Origin: a virus
Lineage: Duplodnaviria; Heunggongvirae; Uroviricota; Caudoviricetes
Reading direction: 5' to 3' (one strand)
DNA length: 64,000 bases
IMG/VR virus record: IMGVR_UViG_3300047471_000949
Part shown: positions 54,655-64,000 of the stretch, one piece after another
Numbering within the stretch: the first letter of the stretch is position 1
How the letters are laid out: each line of letters starts with the position of its first letter
Notes under the pieces: generated by a model
Databases searched by the model: none
Seen by the model: the letters and a program-made list of their open reading frames with translations, nothing else
What the model was told of the DNA's origin: nothing
Made by a program: the position numbers and the translations under genes

Positions 54655-54672
54655 CGATAAAAGAACTATTAT

Positions 54673-54680
54673 TATAAATA
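54673..54680 (+). promoter_or_regulatory. T4-type late promoter
   Basis: exact TATAAATA. Confidence 0.75.
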
Positions 54681-54715
54681 GTCTGAGACATTTTTAATAT
54701 CTAGGAGAAATCTTA

Positions 54716-55438
54716 ATGGCTGCTGCAAACGTTGTAACCTGGGCGGGACGCTCAATCCTTCTTAATAAACTTCACGGAGTCGGAACCGAACCTGTGAATA
54801 TTGGCTGGGGTATTGCAAACGGCCTCAATGCGACCTATATCACTACTTCAGCTTTCTCCGATGTTAATCTATTCCAACCAGCAAACCCTAACCCGGAAGC
54901 CCGTGTTGCTGGAGCTGTCACTCAGCTTACCGCCAACCAGCTTGCCGACGTCTATCAGGTTGTTGGAACAATGACCTGTTCAACCGCAGCAAAAACTATT
55001 GCTGAGGTTGGTCTATTCGATACTGGAACATCTCTTTCAGGAACAGCTCAGATTACAACTTCCTCGATGGCTATTGGTGCTACGACTGTCACAATTGGAG
55101 CTGGCATAACCGGCTTTGCAGTTCTCCCAACATCTCTTAACTATCTGGCTCAAATCGAAAACGAAGTTGTGTTTGTTACGGGCGGACAAGGCACTTCTAC
55201 CCTGACCGTTACCCGAGCCCAGCTTGGCTCGACAGCCGTGGCTCACCCAATTGGTGCCTTTGTTACAGCCGGCGGAGACGGGGGAGCCCACACTGCTAAC
55301 GCATCTATCGCTCCAGTTGTAACAGTAAACTCAGCTGGCGCTAACGGCGGATCGATGTTCGTTCACGGCGACTTCGCAAACATTGCCCTAAACGCTTCGG
55401 ACTCGATTGCGTTTACTCTAAAAGTTCAGCTTGCGTAA
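54716..55438 (+). CDS. virion structural protein, probable high-copy fibre subunit
   Basis: VVTWAGRSI...EPVNIGWG...IAEVGLFD...DSIAFTLK; own promoter and terminator. Confidence 0.7.
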   Translation: MAAANVVTWAGRSILLNKLHGVGTEPVNIGWGIANGLNATYITTSAFSDVNLFQPANPNPEARVAGAVTQLTANQLADVYQVVGTMTCSTAAKTIAEVGLFDTGTSLSGTAQITTSSMAIGATTVTIGAGITGFAVLPTSLNYLAQIENEVVFVTGGQGTSTLTVTRAQLGSTAVAHPIGAFVTAGGDGGAHTANASIAPVVTVNSAGANGGSMFVHGDFANIALNASDSIAFTLKVQLA

Positions 55439-55476
55439 GGCGCGCCTAACAAGCTACTAATACTTCCGCGGAAGTA

Positions 55477-55484
55477 TATAAATA
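55477..55484 (+). promoter_or_regulatory. T4-type late promoter
   Basis: exact TATAAATA abutting a terminator. Confidence 0.7.
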
Positions 55485-55515
55485 CTCCCAGATAACCTCT
55501 GGGAGTTTTTTTATT
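55484..55515 (+). terminator. intrinsic terminator
   Basis: 9-bp stem ACTCCCAGA/TCTGGGAGT followed by a T-run. Confidence 0.8.
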
Positions 55516-56163
55516 ATGAATGAATATAACTATGATCCTACTGTTTTTGATGTTGCAACCCGTGAAGAAGCCAAATCAATAATCCTCACTCCCGAAGCTG
55601 ATAATTCCACCGACAAACGATGGGAACTCGAAACTCCGGCTCTTATCAATCTCCTGAAACCTTATGGTCCGTTCAAGAAAATCCTTGACTATGGCTGTGG
55701 AATTGGCCGCCTCTCCAAAGAACTTGTAACCCGCGATAATCTGATTGTGGGAGCCGATATCTCCATGAATATGAGAACACTTTCTATTCCCTATATGGCT
55801 TCGCCTAACTGGATTCCGGTTCATCCAAATTATCTCCAGGACCTCAACATTAAGTTTGATTTGGTCCTGGCGGTATGGGTGCTTCAGCATGTGATGCATC
55901 CAGCACAGACCATAAAGCAGATAGCCTCGCTGATAAGACCTGGAGGCTATATGCTTGTCGTTAATAATTATAACCGAGTTGTTCCTTGTCAACATGACGG
56001 TAAACTAGTTTGGGCTACCGATGGGATTGATATTCGAGCCCTCCTCGATGGTTGTTCGGAACTAACCGCAGCCACTCATAAGGTCTATACGGAATTCAAG
56101 CTTCCTGAGACGTTTGGAAAGCTTTCCGAGTTCACCTGGATTAGACTTTACCAAAAAATCTAA
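55516..56163 (+). CDS. class I SAM-dependent methyltransferase
   Basis: ILDYGCGIGRL, VGADIS and FDLVLAVWVLQHV motifs. Confidence 0.88.
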   Translation: MNEYNYDPTVFDVATREEAKSIILTPEADNSTDKRWELETPALINLLKPYGPFKKILDYGCGIGRLSKELVTRDNLIVGADISMNMRTLSIPYMASPNWIPVHPNYLQDLNIKFDLVLAVWVLQHVMHPAQTIKQIASLIRPGGYMLVVNNYNRVVPCQHDGKLVWATDGIDIRALLDGCSELTAATHKVYTEFKLPETFGKLSEFTWIRLYQKI

Positions 56164-56176
56164 ATAACCCATAGCA

Positions 56177-56443
56177 ATGTGGAAGTTATTCAATAGATTT
56201 TTCTTCAAACCAGAACCGCCGATGAATGCTGTTGCCGGAGTTGTTAATTCCTGCGGAGGTTTTCGTGTTGTCTGTGGTCCCCTTACTCAGATGTGGTGCC
56301 ATGTTGAACCGGGAGAAAAATTGTATTTGGTGCCAGAGCTGTGGGTTCCTGACAGCAGGCCGATACAACACATTGCCGAGCTGATTGAAATTGTCAATGC
56401 CTACATCAATGAAGACCATCCTCCTGATATTATGAGGTTCTGA
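56177..56443 (+). CDS. hypothetical protein
   Basis: 88-aa ORF after TCTAAATA (56159-56166). Confidence 0.55.
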   Translation: MWKLFNRFFFKPEPPMNAVAGVVNSCGGFRVVCGPLTQMWCHVEPGEKLYLVPELWVPDSRPIQHIAELIEIVNAYINEDHPPDIMRF

Positions 56444-59400
56444 TGGCAACAACTACAGTCTTCCTTACTGCCGCATTAGGAAACTCAGCGCCATGGGCAA
56501 AACCAGGGGATTGGACCGACGCAGGTCATATCGTTCATCTGATTGGTTGTGGAGGGGGTGGCGGTGTCGGAGCCTCTGGCGTCAGCGCGACGCCTGGTGG
56601 TTCTGGTGGGGCTGGAGGAGGTTTTGTTCGTCTTGCCTATTCATCCGGAGCGCTTGCATCTTCGACTACTTTTCAAATCTCCAATAACAACACTTCCACA
56701 ACTGACTCCAACACTGCTGGAACTTTCTGGCAGGGTAATACTGCTGGAAGCACCCAAGCCTATTGGGCGATGGCGGGTCGAGCCGGTGTCACAACAACCG
56801 GCGGCATTGCGAACGGAACCGGCTATGCCAATGGAGCATCAGTTGCATCGGCCGCGGCCGTTTATACAGCAATAGGTGCTGCGGGAGGAAACGGCGCAGC
56901 CTCAACCGTAACGATTACTTTCGGGGGCGGCGGAGGCGGGGGTGGCGCAGCCGGAGCCAATGCGACCAGCACTGGCGCAGCCGCTGGTATGATCGGAGGA
57001 GCCGGCAGCACATCCGCATCCGGAGGCGGAGGAGGAGGCGGCGGAGGCGGAGGAACATCTTCGACAGTCGGAACGGCAGTTGGTGCCTCGGCAACGGGAG
57101 GAAAGGGAGGATCGGGTCCGGGCGGTGTTGCTGGAGGCCTCGGGGGAGCGACTGGTATTGGTATTGCCGCTGCAGCGAATTCAGGAGCCGGTGGCGGAGG
57201 TGGTGGCTTCACTGCTAGCGCGGCTAATAGTTCGGGAGGAGCTGGGGCAACTGGTAATACCTACTACGCGAACGCAACTAACGGTTCTGGCGGAGGAGGC
57301 GGTGGCTCTGGAGGGAACGCGACTAATACTGCCAACACTGCAACAGGAGGTGCTGGAGCCAACTTTGGGGGAGGCGGCGGCGGATCGGGTGCAGTTCGTT
57401 CCGCTTCTACCGTCAAGACTGCTGGTGTCGGCGGCGGTGGTTTGATCGTCATTATCTATACAGTAGGCGCGGCAAATACTCCCCTGACACTTACTTTCAA
57501 GGGGGGTTCACAATTCCTCGATATAAAAAACATCACGCCAGCTCCAGACATATATATCATAAATCCTCAGCTGCAGCCGCTAAAAAACGTCTCTTCAAGC
57601 AGACTTTTTAATAGTCTTGCGTCCTTTAGTTCAATCATAGGAAAATTATATAACAAATTAGCAACGTTTAGTCCAACGGCTATTAGCAGCTTAACCCATC
57701 CCATCATAAACTCAACTAAACTATTTTTTCCGGCCATCCGTTCGTTGATTCAGAAGCAAGTTCAGCCAGCTGCTGATTTATATAATATTAGTATGGGCTT
57801 ACTGCTCCAAAAAACAATAACTCCGCTTCCTGATATCTATAGTCTGTTGATAACAAATCAAATAAGTCGATTACAAATTCTTTCAAAGACTTTAACTTAT
57901 AACGTTGGCGCAATTTATCTTACTATCCAGGGCAAACTCAGTCTCAAAAATCTGTTGGCCTATATCTCAACATTCCCTCTTGGTCTTGGCAACATTATAG
58001 GCTTTGGCGGAGCTATTGGTGAAGCGGCAATAGCCGATATGCAGGAGCTATTTCAGGGAGGCGCAGCTCTGGTAACTGCTATTAAAAGTTCCAGCCAACA
58101 ATTCTCCCAGATTAATATTTTCGCCGCTAATGTTAGAGCAACACTTCAAAAGACTATTTCAAACGTAAAATCTATGAAGGTTAGTTTAATAATACCGCTA
58201 CAAAAGGCAATAAACAAGAGCGTCCTTTTTCTTGCCGGAATTGTAGGCCTGATCCAAAAAGTTACTACCCCTATAGCCCGCCAGTATCAAATCGTAACAT
58301 CGGCATTAACTAAAAAAACTGCAGCTAAAGCTGTTGTCTTTTTTGCCGCCGCCTCAAACCAAATCCAGAAAGCCGCTACGATCCTAAGAACATTCAGCTC
58401 GGCTACAACAACTCTTCTACAAAAAGCGCTTAGCAGAACAACAATATTCAGCTCAGCGACGACAACGCTTCTACAAAAAGCGATGAGCAGAACAACAATA
58501 TTCCGTCTGGCTGCTTCAGCTCTTCTACAAAAATCTCTTGTAGCGCTCCGAACATTTGTTGCAACGCCTACAAGTCTTGTTCAGAAGGCCCTCGGCAAAA
58601 TAATATTATTCTTGGCAAGCGTCAGGTTATTGCTTACCACTCAGTTTATCAGTGGAACCAATCAATTTCCTTACTCTGCAGTAATGGCCATTACCGCCAA
58701 TGTGCGCCTACTCAAAGCTCTGGGCAAGATTACGAACTTCCCGGCAACATCCAGCGCAACCATGGTTAAAGCCCTGGGTAAAACGACAAGTTTCACAGCC
58801 AGCACCATTTCGGCTATAATCAAAATCGTGACCAGGATTGCTACTAACTTCGCAACTTCAGCGAAGCTTGCTCTGGTTAAAACTCCCGGTAAAATCTCAA
58901 GCTTTGTAGCTTCTACCACCTGGACACTTCTAAGAGCTGTTTCTTCCACAAGATTCTTTAATACCCTTGCAAGCTTCCAAGCACAAAAATCATCAGCTCG
59001 GCTAGTTAATTTTGCGGCAACTGTAACTTCACAAATCAAGAAGGCTGGAGCCCGGGTGGTCCAATTCTCTATAGCGGGCATTGTGGCCATTGTCAAGAAC
59101 CTTTCATCGTCCGCTAAAATCTTCAACATTCTTGCATCTGGTTCAACTGCTCAACAACGAGTTGGCACATCACGCATTCTTGTCCATCTAGCCGCCGCGT
59201 CGTTTTACAGCCAACGGCTGCCAAACCAAGCCTATCGGTTTGCTATAGCTACAACTTTCCGGGTTCAAAGAACCCTAAGCAAAACCAGCCAATTTTCAGC
59301 CTCAGCAATTATGATTGTTTTAAAGGGCGTTGTGACAGGAGCAAAGTTCTTCAGGATACTGACAACTACAACTCTTCAATTGCTGAGGGCACAATCACAG

Positions 59401-62400
59401 CTGGCTATTTTTAAGGCTGTAGCATCGTTTCAGATCAGCTTTCAGAAAATCTATGGTCGAGCTTACAGCTTTGTCGCAATCTCCGTCTTAAAATCTCAAA
59501 AAGCATTGGCTAAGACCATACAATCATCGGCTGCTAGCGTTCTTGCTCTAACAAAGAATATCTTGCCCGCCGCAATTTTCTTTAATATGTTGTCGGCTCT
59601 ACAAGCAGCCGCCTCGCTACAAAGAGCAACACAGCTTATTATTTTTAGTGTAACTGCCAGCTTCCAGCTAATCACAAAGCAACCTTATGTTATAGTTTAT
59701 AACTTTGTTGTAAGCACAATCTCAAACGTCCAAAAGGCTCTAACTAAGCTGCCGATTTCAGTCTCATTCAACAGCACAATGAACCTCCTAAAGAATATTC
59801 CGGCTCCTGAAAAAATCTTCAACGTTCTGGCAACCGCTCCCCTACTATTAAAGATACAAGCGAAAACTGTTGTTTATATAATAAACGTGTTTTTCCAGGC
59901 ACAAAAATTGAAGGCACAGCTTACCGTTTATAAAGCTGTCGTATTATTTCAGCCGCAAAAATTGTTGGCTCGTATTTCCAGCTTCGTTATAGCCGCCACA
60001 ATAACCACGCAAAAAGCGACGGGCAAAGTCATTCAATCTTCGATTGCTGGTGTTTTAACTATCATAAAGGCAGTCTTCCCTGGAGCAAAACTCTTCAACC
60101 TTCGGGCAGCCGCAATCCAGACAAAAACAAAATTACAATCTATCCTTCAACTTGTTGTCGCATCGTTTGTTCAACCGCCAAGATTTTTAAGTAAAATGTC
60201 GAGTTTCATTGTCGCAGTAGCAGCAAAAACTCAGGCTATGAAGGGTCACGTGCTGACATTCTTCGTTGTCTTTGGTAAAAACGCGACAACAACCTTTTCT
60301 GGGCTAATAGCACATTACTCGTTTGATGATGGCTCAGCAAACGATACATCCGGCAACGCTCTTAATGGAACAGAAAATGGGGGAGTTACAACAGCTCCTG
60401 GAAGAAGAGTCAACGCCCTACAGTTCAATGGATCGACAGGTTATGTTTCTATACCGGCTGCAGCCTTTAACTATAGCGCCAGCTATCAAGGATCATTTAC
60501 TTGTTGGTTCAAAACAACCGCTTCGGGAATTATTTTGGGACAAGCTCAACCAGCCACTCCTGGAGGAGCCCTTCCTGCAGGACACGTTCCGGCACTCTAT
60601 ATCGACAATTCTGGATTCCTACGCGCCAGCTTCTTCTGGCACAATTCTACCACCTCCCAGATTGTTTCGGCCGCTGCACTCAATGATGGACAATGGCATC
60701 AGGCAGTAGATACTTATGATGGAACTACCGAAACTCTTTATATCGATAAAAACATCGTCGGTAGCCAAGTTGTTGCTCAAAACGATTATAGTCCTGGCTC
60801 CTACAATTATTGGCTGGGCGTTGGAAATTCAAGCTGGGTAAATGATCCAGGAGGTTGGTTCTGGTATAACGGAGCGCTTGATGATATCCAAACCTACAAT
60901 CGGGCCCTAACAGCCAATGAAGTTGCACAATTATATGTAGCAGGACAAGGAGGATTCTTCCTAGCAAAGCAGGTTTCTTCGGTTCTACAACTTTTCAATA
61001 TGTTGATTACCGTTTCAGCCGCACAAATAATCAGAACAATATCGACCATCAAACTCTTCAAGGCAGCGGCAACAGCTTCTACTTTCCCCGGCAGAGCAGT
61101 CCTTGTGAAACTACTGGGCTATGTTTCGACATTCCCTCTTGGTTTTGGCAACATTATGGGCTTTGGCGGAGCTATTGGTGAAGCAGCCATTGCTGATATG
61201 CAAGAGCTATTCCAGGGTGGTGCTGTTCTCGTAGGAACCGTCAAGAGCACAATACATCATCTTGCCCAATCTGGTCTCTTTACAACTACAACAACGGCTT
61301 TACTGACAAAAACAGCATCAATGCTTCGATCGTTCTTTGCAGCTTTAACATTTTCTCGACTACAAAAGGCTATTAACCAAATCAAAACCTATCAAGCGGC
61401 AGCTTCTGTTCGCTGGGGAAGAACAGCTCTTACAACATCACTTCTCTTTGGTATAACAGCTACAGTTACTTCGGTAAAAGCTATTGGAAAATCGGCTCTT
61501 GTTTTTACTGCGGCTGCATTATTCAATGCTATACAAAGGAGAGCTACTAAGCTCACAACTTTCCAGGCAGCGGCCAGTGCTTTTATTGCGCAACGAACAC
61601 TTTCGATATTCAAAACATTTAATGCTACTGCCCGTTCTTTGATACAGAAATCGCTGGCCCGCACCACCATATTCTTAATCAATCTTGCTAGTTTCCTCCA
61701 AAAAACGATTACAAGACCTATTGGTTTTGGTCTAGCAGCCCTAAGCTTTGCTTCACAGAATTCGCTTAACAAAATAATAGCATTCAGCACGGCTAGTACA
61801 GCTCTCCTACAACAAAAGGCTGTTGCCATGGCCAGAACATTCTCTGGTATTATAGCTTTCTCGTCGATACAAAAATCTTTGATTCGCCCAGCCACATCAT
61901 TCGTAGTAAGCGCTCGTGGTTTAGTTAGAAGAACCATCAACAAGTCCGAGCAGATATTCCTCGGCATATCCATTCCATTCATTCAGGTTGCGTCCAATGT
62001 TTTTGTCAGAACTTTCAAAATGGCAGCCACACCAATGGCATTACTCCAAAAAGATTTGGTTGTAACCAAGCTGTTTAAAGCGGTGACAAATGTTTCGTGG
62101 CTTCCGAATGCTATTGTCAAAATAACTGTATTCTTGGTAAGCCCTGTCTTCTTAGTCAGAAAAGCCATTACCAAAGGAGTATTGCTGTTTGGTTCGACCG
62201 TGACCTTCTTGTTTCAATACACAAGGGGATACTATCCCAGCTATACATTTATGACAACTACAACAGCTTCGCTGCTTAAGGACCTTAGTAAGAACTTGAA
62301 TTTTGTCCCTGTTGTTGCAATAGCTTTCAAGTCACTTATCCAAAGTGGAGAAAAAATCTTCACTCTTGGAGCTTCGTCATTATTACAAAACGCCATAAGA

Positions 62401-63762
62401 ACAACCACTAGATTTGTTATTGCTATCTCCGCCTCAAATGCTATTACTTCAGCAAAGGCCCTTCTAGCATCAGCAAAGGTAAGTTGGCAGTTCGTTAAAT
62501 CGTTTCTTCGACCAAGAACTTTCCAGACAACAACAACCTTTTTGTTTGGCAAGCTAGCCCTTGCTATAACCTCGCTATATCAGGTTGTTCTAACCACACG
62601 AATCAGCCGAGCAATAACAAAAGTTCCAACCCTAATGCTAATGAGTTTGGCACCATTGTTTAGTAAAACCCTAGGGAGAGACAAGACGTTTTCTGCAAAA
62701 TCAATTGACTCATTTCTTCATATTGGAAAGGCCTTTGTTGAAGGAGCATCATATATAAGCTCTATTCAAGCATTCAGTCATCTCCAACAGAACAGAAGCT
62801 ATGTTTTCCAAGTTCTTCCGCGTGTCATGCTGACAAAAACTCTAATGCTTACGGCTGATCTGTATCAAGTTTTTACAAAAGTCTTTATCCAAAGAACCAT
62901 CACTCTTACCAAAATATATAAATCGCTGGTAACAACCCTGCGGGTTGGACAAGTCCTGGTGAAACGGCTGTTTAGCCTTATAGCCGCTGTTCCGTTATTG
63001 CAAAAGACTGTGGCGACAACAGTAATATTCCCAATCACAGTTCTGACCACACTAGCCAAAGCAATAACACGCATTGCGACAAGGTTCAATGTGGCTGTAT
63101 CTTCACAGGTTGGAAAGTTAGTCTCCATAACCAAAACATATCAAGCTGTTCCTCGTGCCTTGTTACAAAAGACTATAGCGATGATTCGAGTCTTTACAGT
63201 TACCTTTACCGTTCTATACCGTAGAACCATCTCAGCCATTCGTCTTGCACTGGTGTCGTCTCCATTGTTACTGAGCCGTGTAACTAGCAGGGTTTGGCTT
63301 GTTATGGTTGCCCCCGCGGCTCGGCTGGCCAAGACTCCTATAAAAATCTTGTTTTCTCCAGTCACAATCGTAGCCAGCCAAACGCTTCGTGCTGGAAAAA
63401 TCTTGTTAGCAACAATAAGAGCCGTCTTTAGACCAGGCGTCCTTCAGCATTATCCGCCAATCAAGTTTATAGTGAGGGCAACAGTCTGGTCACTTGCCTC
63501 GTTTATTAGGGTAAGAATCGTTTTGACTGCATCTGTTACGGCCCTGGCCACTCTGCAAACCTGGTTCATCGAACGGTTACGCGTCATCGCTAAATTTACG
63601 AAAGATATCTCTGATAATATTATGGCAAATGTCCAGAAACGAACAGAATCGATTAGAGAGCATTCTGGAGTTGTCCCCGAAACCGTAGTTGGGAACTTTA
63701 AGAAAATAACAAAACAGATCACAGCGCTTTTTAAGCCTCCGTCTGGTGGTCCTTCCGATTAA
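56443..63762 (+). CDS. giant fibre-like protein: Gly-rich N-terminus, ~18-aa basic/hydrophobic repeats, LamG domain
   Basis: 2439-aa ORF; LamG motifs HYSFDD...ALQFNG...DGQWH...YDG...GALDDI at about 60300-60950. Confidence 0.8.
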   Translation: MATTTVFLTAALGNSAPWAKPGDWTDAGHIVHLIGCGGGGGVGASGVSATPGGSGGAGGGFVRLAYSSGALASSTTFQISNNNTSTTDSNTAGTFWQGNTAGSTQAYWAMAGRAGVTTTGGIANGTGYANGASVASAAAVYTAIGAAGGNGAASTVTITFGGGGGGGGAAGANATSTGAAAGMIGGAGSTSASGGGGGGGGGGGTSSTVGTAVGASATGGKGGSGPGGVAGGLGGATGIGIAAAANSGAGGGGGGFTASAANSSGGAGATGNTYYANATNGSGGGGGGSGGNATNTANTATGGAGANFGGGGGGSGAVRSASTVKTAGVGGGGLIVIIYTVGAANTPLTLTFKGGSQFLDIKNITPAPDIYIINPQLQPLKNVSSSRLFNSLASFSSIIGKLYNKLATFSPTAISSLTHPIINSTKLFFPAIRSLIQKQVQPAADLYNISMGLLLQKTITPLPDIYSLLITNQISRLQILSKTLTYNVGAIYLTIQGKLSLKNLLAYISTFPLGLGNIIGFGGAIGEAAIADMQELFQGGAALVTAIKSSSQQFSQINIFAANVRATLQKTISNVKSMKVSLIIPLQKAINKSVLFLAGIVGLIQKVTTPIARQYQIVTSALTKKTAAKAVVFFAAASNQIQKAATILRTFSSATTTLLQKALSRTTIFSSATTTLLQKAMSRTTIFRLAASALLQKSLVALRTFVATPTSLVQKALGKIILFLASVRLLLTTQFISGTNQFPYSAVMAITANVRLLKALGKITNFPATSSATMVKALGKTTSFTASTISAIIKIVTRIATNFATSAKLALVKTPGKISSFVASTTWTLLRAVSSTRFFNTLASFQAQKSSARLVNFAATVTSQIKKAGARVVQFSIAGIVAIVKNLSSSAKIFNILASGSTAQQRVGTSRILVHLAAASFYSQRLPNQAYRFAIATTFRVQRTLSKTSQFSASAIMIVLKGVVTGAKFFRILTTTTLQLLRAQSQLAIFKAVASFQISFQKIYGRAYSFVAISVLKSQKALAKTIQSSAASVLALTKNILPAAIFFNMLSALQAAASLQRATQLIIFSVTASFQLITKQPYVIVYNFVVSTISNVQKALTKLPISVSFNSTMNLLKNIPAPEKIFNVLATAPLLLKIQAKTVVYIINVFFQAQKLKAQLTVYKAVVLFQPQKLLARISSFVIAATITTQKATGKVIQSSIAGVLTIIKAVFPGAKLFNLRAAAIQTKTKLQSILQLVVASFVQPPRFLSKMSSFIVAVAAKTQAMKGHVLTFFVVFGKNATTTFSGLIAHYSFDDGSANDTSGNALNGTENGGVTTAPGRRVNALQFNGSTGYVSIPAAAFNYSASYQGSFTCWFKTTASGIILGQAQPATPGGALPAGHVPALYIDNSGFLRASFFWHNSTTSQIVSAAALNDGQWHQAVDTYDGTTETLYIDKNIVGSQVVAQNDYSPGSYNYWLGVGNSSWVNDPGGWFWYNGALDDIQTYNRALTANEVAQLYVAGQGGFFLAKQVSSVLQLFNMLITVSAAQIIRTISTIKLFKAAATASTFPGRAVLVKLLGYVSTFPLGFGNIMGFGGAIGEAAIADMQELFQGGAVLVGTVKSTIHHLAQSGLFTTTTTALLTKTASMLRSFFAALTFSRLQKAINQIKTYQAAASVRWGRTALTTSLLFGITATVTSVKAIGKSALVFTAAALFNAIQRRATKLTTFQAAASAFIAQRTLSIFKTFNATARSLIQKSLARTTIFLINLASFLQKTITRPIGFGLAALSFASQNSLNKIIAFSTASTALLQQKAVAMARTFSGIIAFSSIQKSLIRPATSFVVSARGLVRRTINKSEQIFLGISIPFIQVASNVFVRTFKMAATPMALLQKDLVVTKLFKAVTNVSWLPNAIVKITVFLVSPVFLVRKAITKGVLLFGSTVTFLFQYTRGYYPSYTFMTTTTASLLKDLSKNLNFVPVVAIAFKSLIQSGEKIFTLGASSLLQNAIRTTTRFVIAISASNAITSAKALLASAKVSWQFVKSFLRPRTFQTTTTFLFGKLALAITSLYQVVLTTRISRAITKVPTLMLMSLAPLFSKTLGRDKTFSAKSIDSFLHIGKAFVEGASYISSIQAFSHLQQNRSYVFQVLPRVMLTKTLMLTADLYQVFTKVFIQRTITLTKIYKSLVTTLRVGQVLVKRLFSLIAAVPLLQKTVATTVIFPITVLTTLAKAITRIATRFNVAVSSQVGKLVSITKTYQAVPRALLQKTIAMIRVFTVTFTVLYRRTISAIRLALVSSPLLLSRVTSRVWLVMVAPAARLAKTPIKILFSPVTIVASQTLRAGKILLATIRAVFRPGVLQHYPPIKFIVRATVWSLASFIRVRIVLTASVTALATLQTWFIERLRVIAKFTKDISDNIMANVQKRTESIREHSGVVPETVVGNFKKITKQITALFKPPSGGPSD
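58393..58500 (+). repeat. 54-bp tandem repeat (18 aa, two copies)
   Basis: FSSATTTLLQKALSRTTI / FSSATTTLLQKAMSRTTI. Confidence 0.85.
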
Positions 63763-63776
63763 TAAATAGGAATAAT

Positions 63777-64000
63777 ATGATAGTATCAGAAGACGCAGTA
63801 TCCTTTGTAGCCACCTCCTCCGGAACAGTAGATTTTGTCTATGGTGGATCACGAACCTCATTTGCAAATCTGACCTCGGCTGTGACTGCCGGTGATTTGG
63901 TCGATGGGCAATGGGTATCCTATACGGCTGTTGATTCCCTCTTTAACCCCACCCAACGAGAGTTCGGTCAGGGTATCTTTTCTGCGGCTGGTTCCGGCAC
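63777..64000 (+). CDS. structural protein, truncated by the window end; N-terminus related to ORF 31286
   Basis: MIVSEDAVSFVATSSGTVDFVYG...; AATAAATA at 63761-63768 and AGGA SD. Confidence 0.7.
   Translation, partial: MIVSEDAVSFVATSSGTVDFVYGGSRTSFANLTSAVTAGDLVDGQWVSYTAVDSLFNPTQREFGQGIFSAAGSG

Noticed and set aside
57952-61250. Diversity-generating retroelement TR/VR pair
   Set aside because: Differences between the copies are mostly synonymous and involve all bases, not only adenines; no reverse transcriptase is present.
1-64000. CRISPR array, transposase/IS, integrase or stop-codon reassignment
   Set aside because: No spaced identical repeats or mobile-element genes were seen, and long conserved genes are intact in the standard code.

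Overview
This window is a gene-dense fragment of a large T4-like (myovirus) phage genome. The host is most likely an alphaproteobacterium, inferred from a circularly permuted two-piece tmRNA, a Rhizobiales-style L,D-transpeptidase and an SLT protein. Bases 1-17.7 kb are accessory and replication genes under sigma70-type promoters (TTGACA-N17-TAnnnT): two restriction-modification-like pairs, an FkbM methyltransferase, a DUF932 protein, many small ORFs, structured RNAs, tmRNA, gp33, gp59 and gp32. Bases 17.7-25.8 kb are a minus-strand late block (tape-measure-like protein with two muralytic domains, gp51-like, gp26, gp54, gp2, gp4). Bases 25.9-47 kb hold the baseplate module (gp48, gp53, hub, split gp5, gp25, gp6, gp7, gp8, split VrlC-like). 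Bases 47-64 kb are a fibre/decoration module with a TPR glycosyltransferase, a methyltransferase and a 2439-aa repeat protein. T4-type late promoters (core TAAATA) precede most late genes. Top leads: (1) a probable -1 frameshift joining gp26 to a start-less gp51-like ORF; (2) a late-promoter restriction endonuclease with a capsid-targeting-like leader; (3) a phage-borne permuted tmRNA preceded by an unexplained hairpin RNA; (4) a possible virion N-glycosylation system; (5) an acid-free repeat protein that may template a fibre. All family calls come from motif recognition by eye; no database searches were run.
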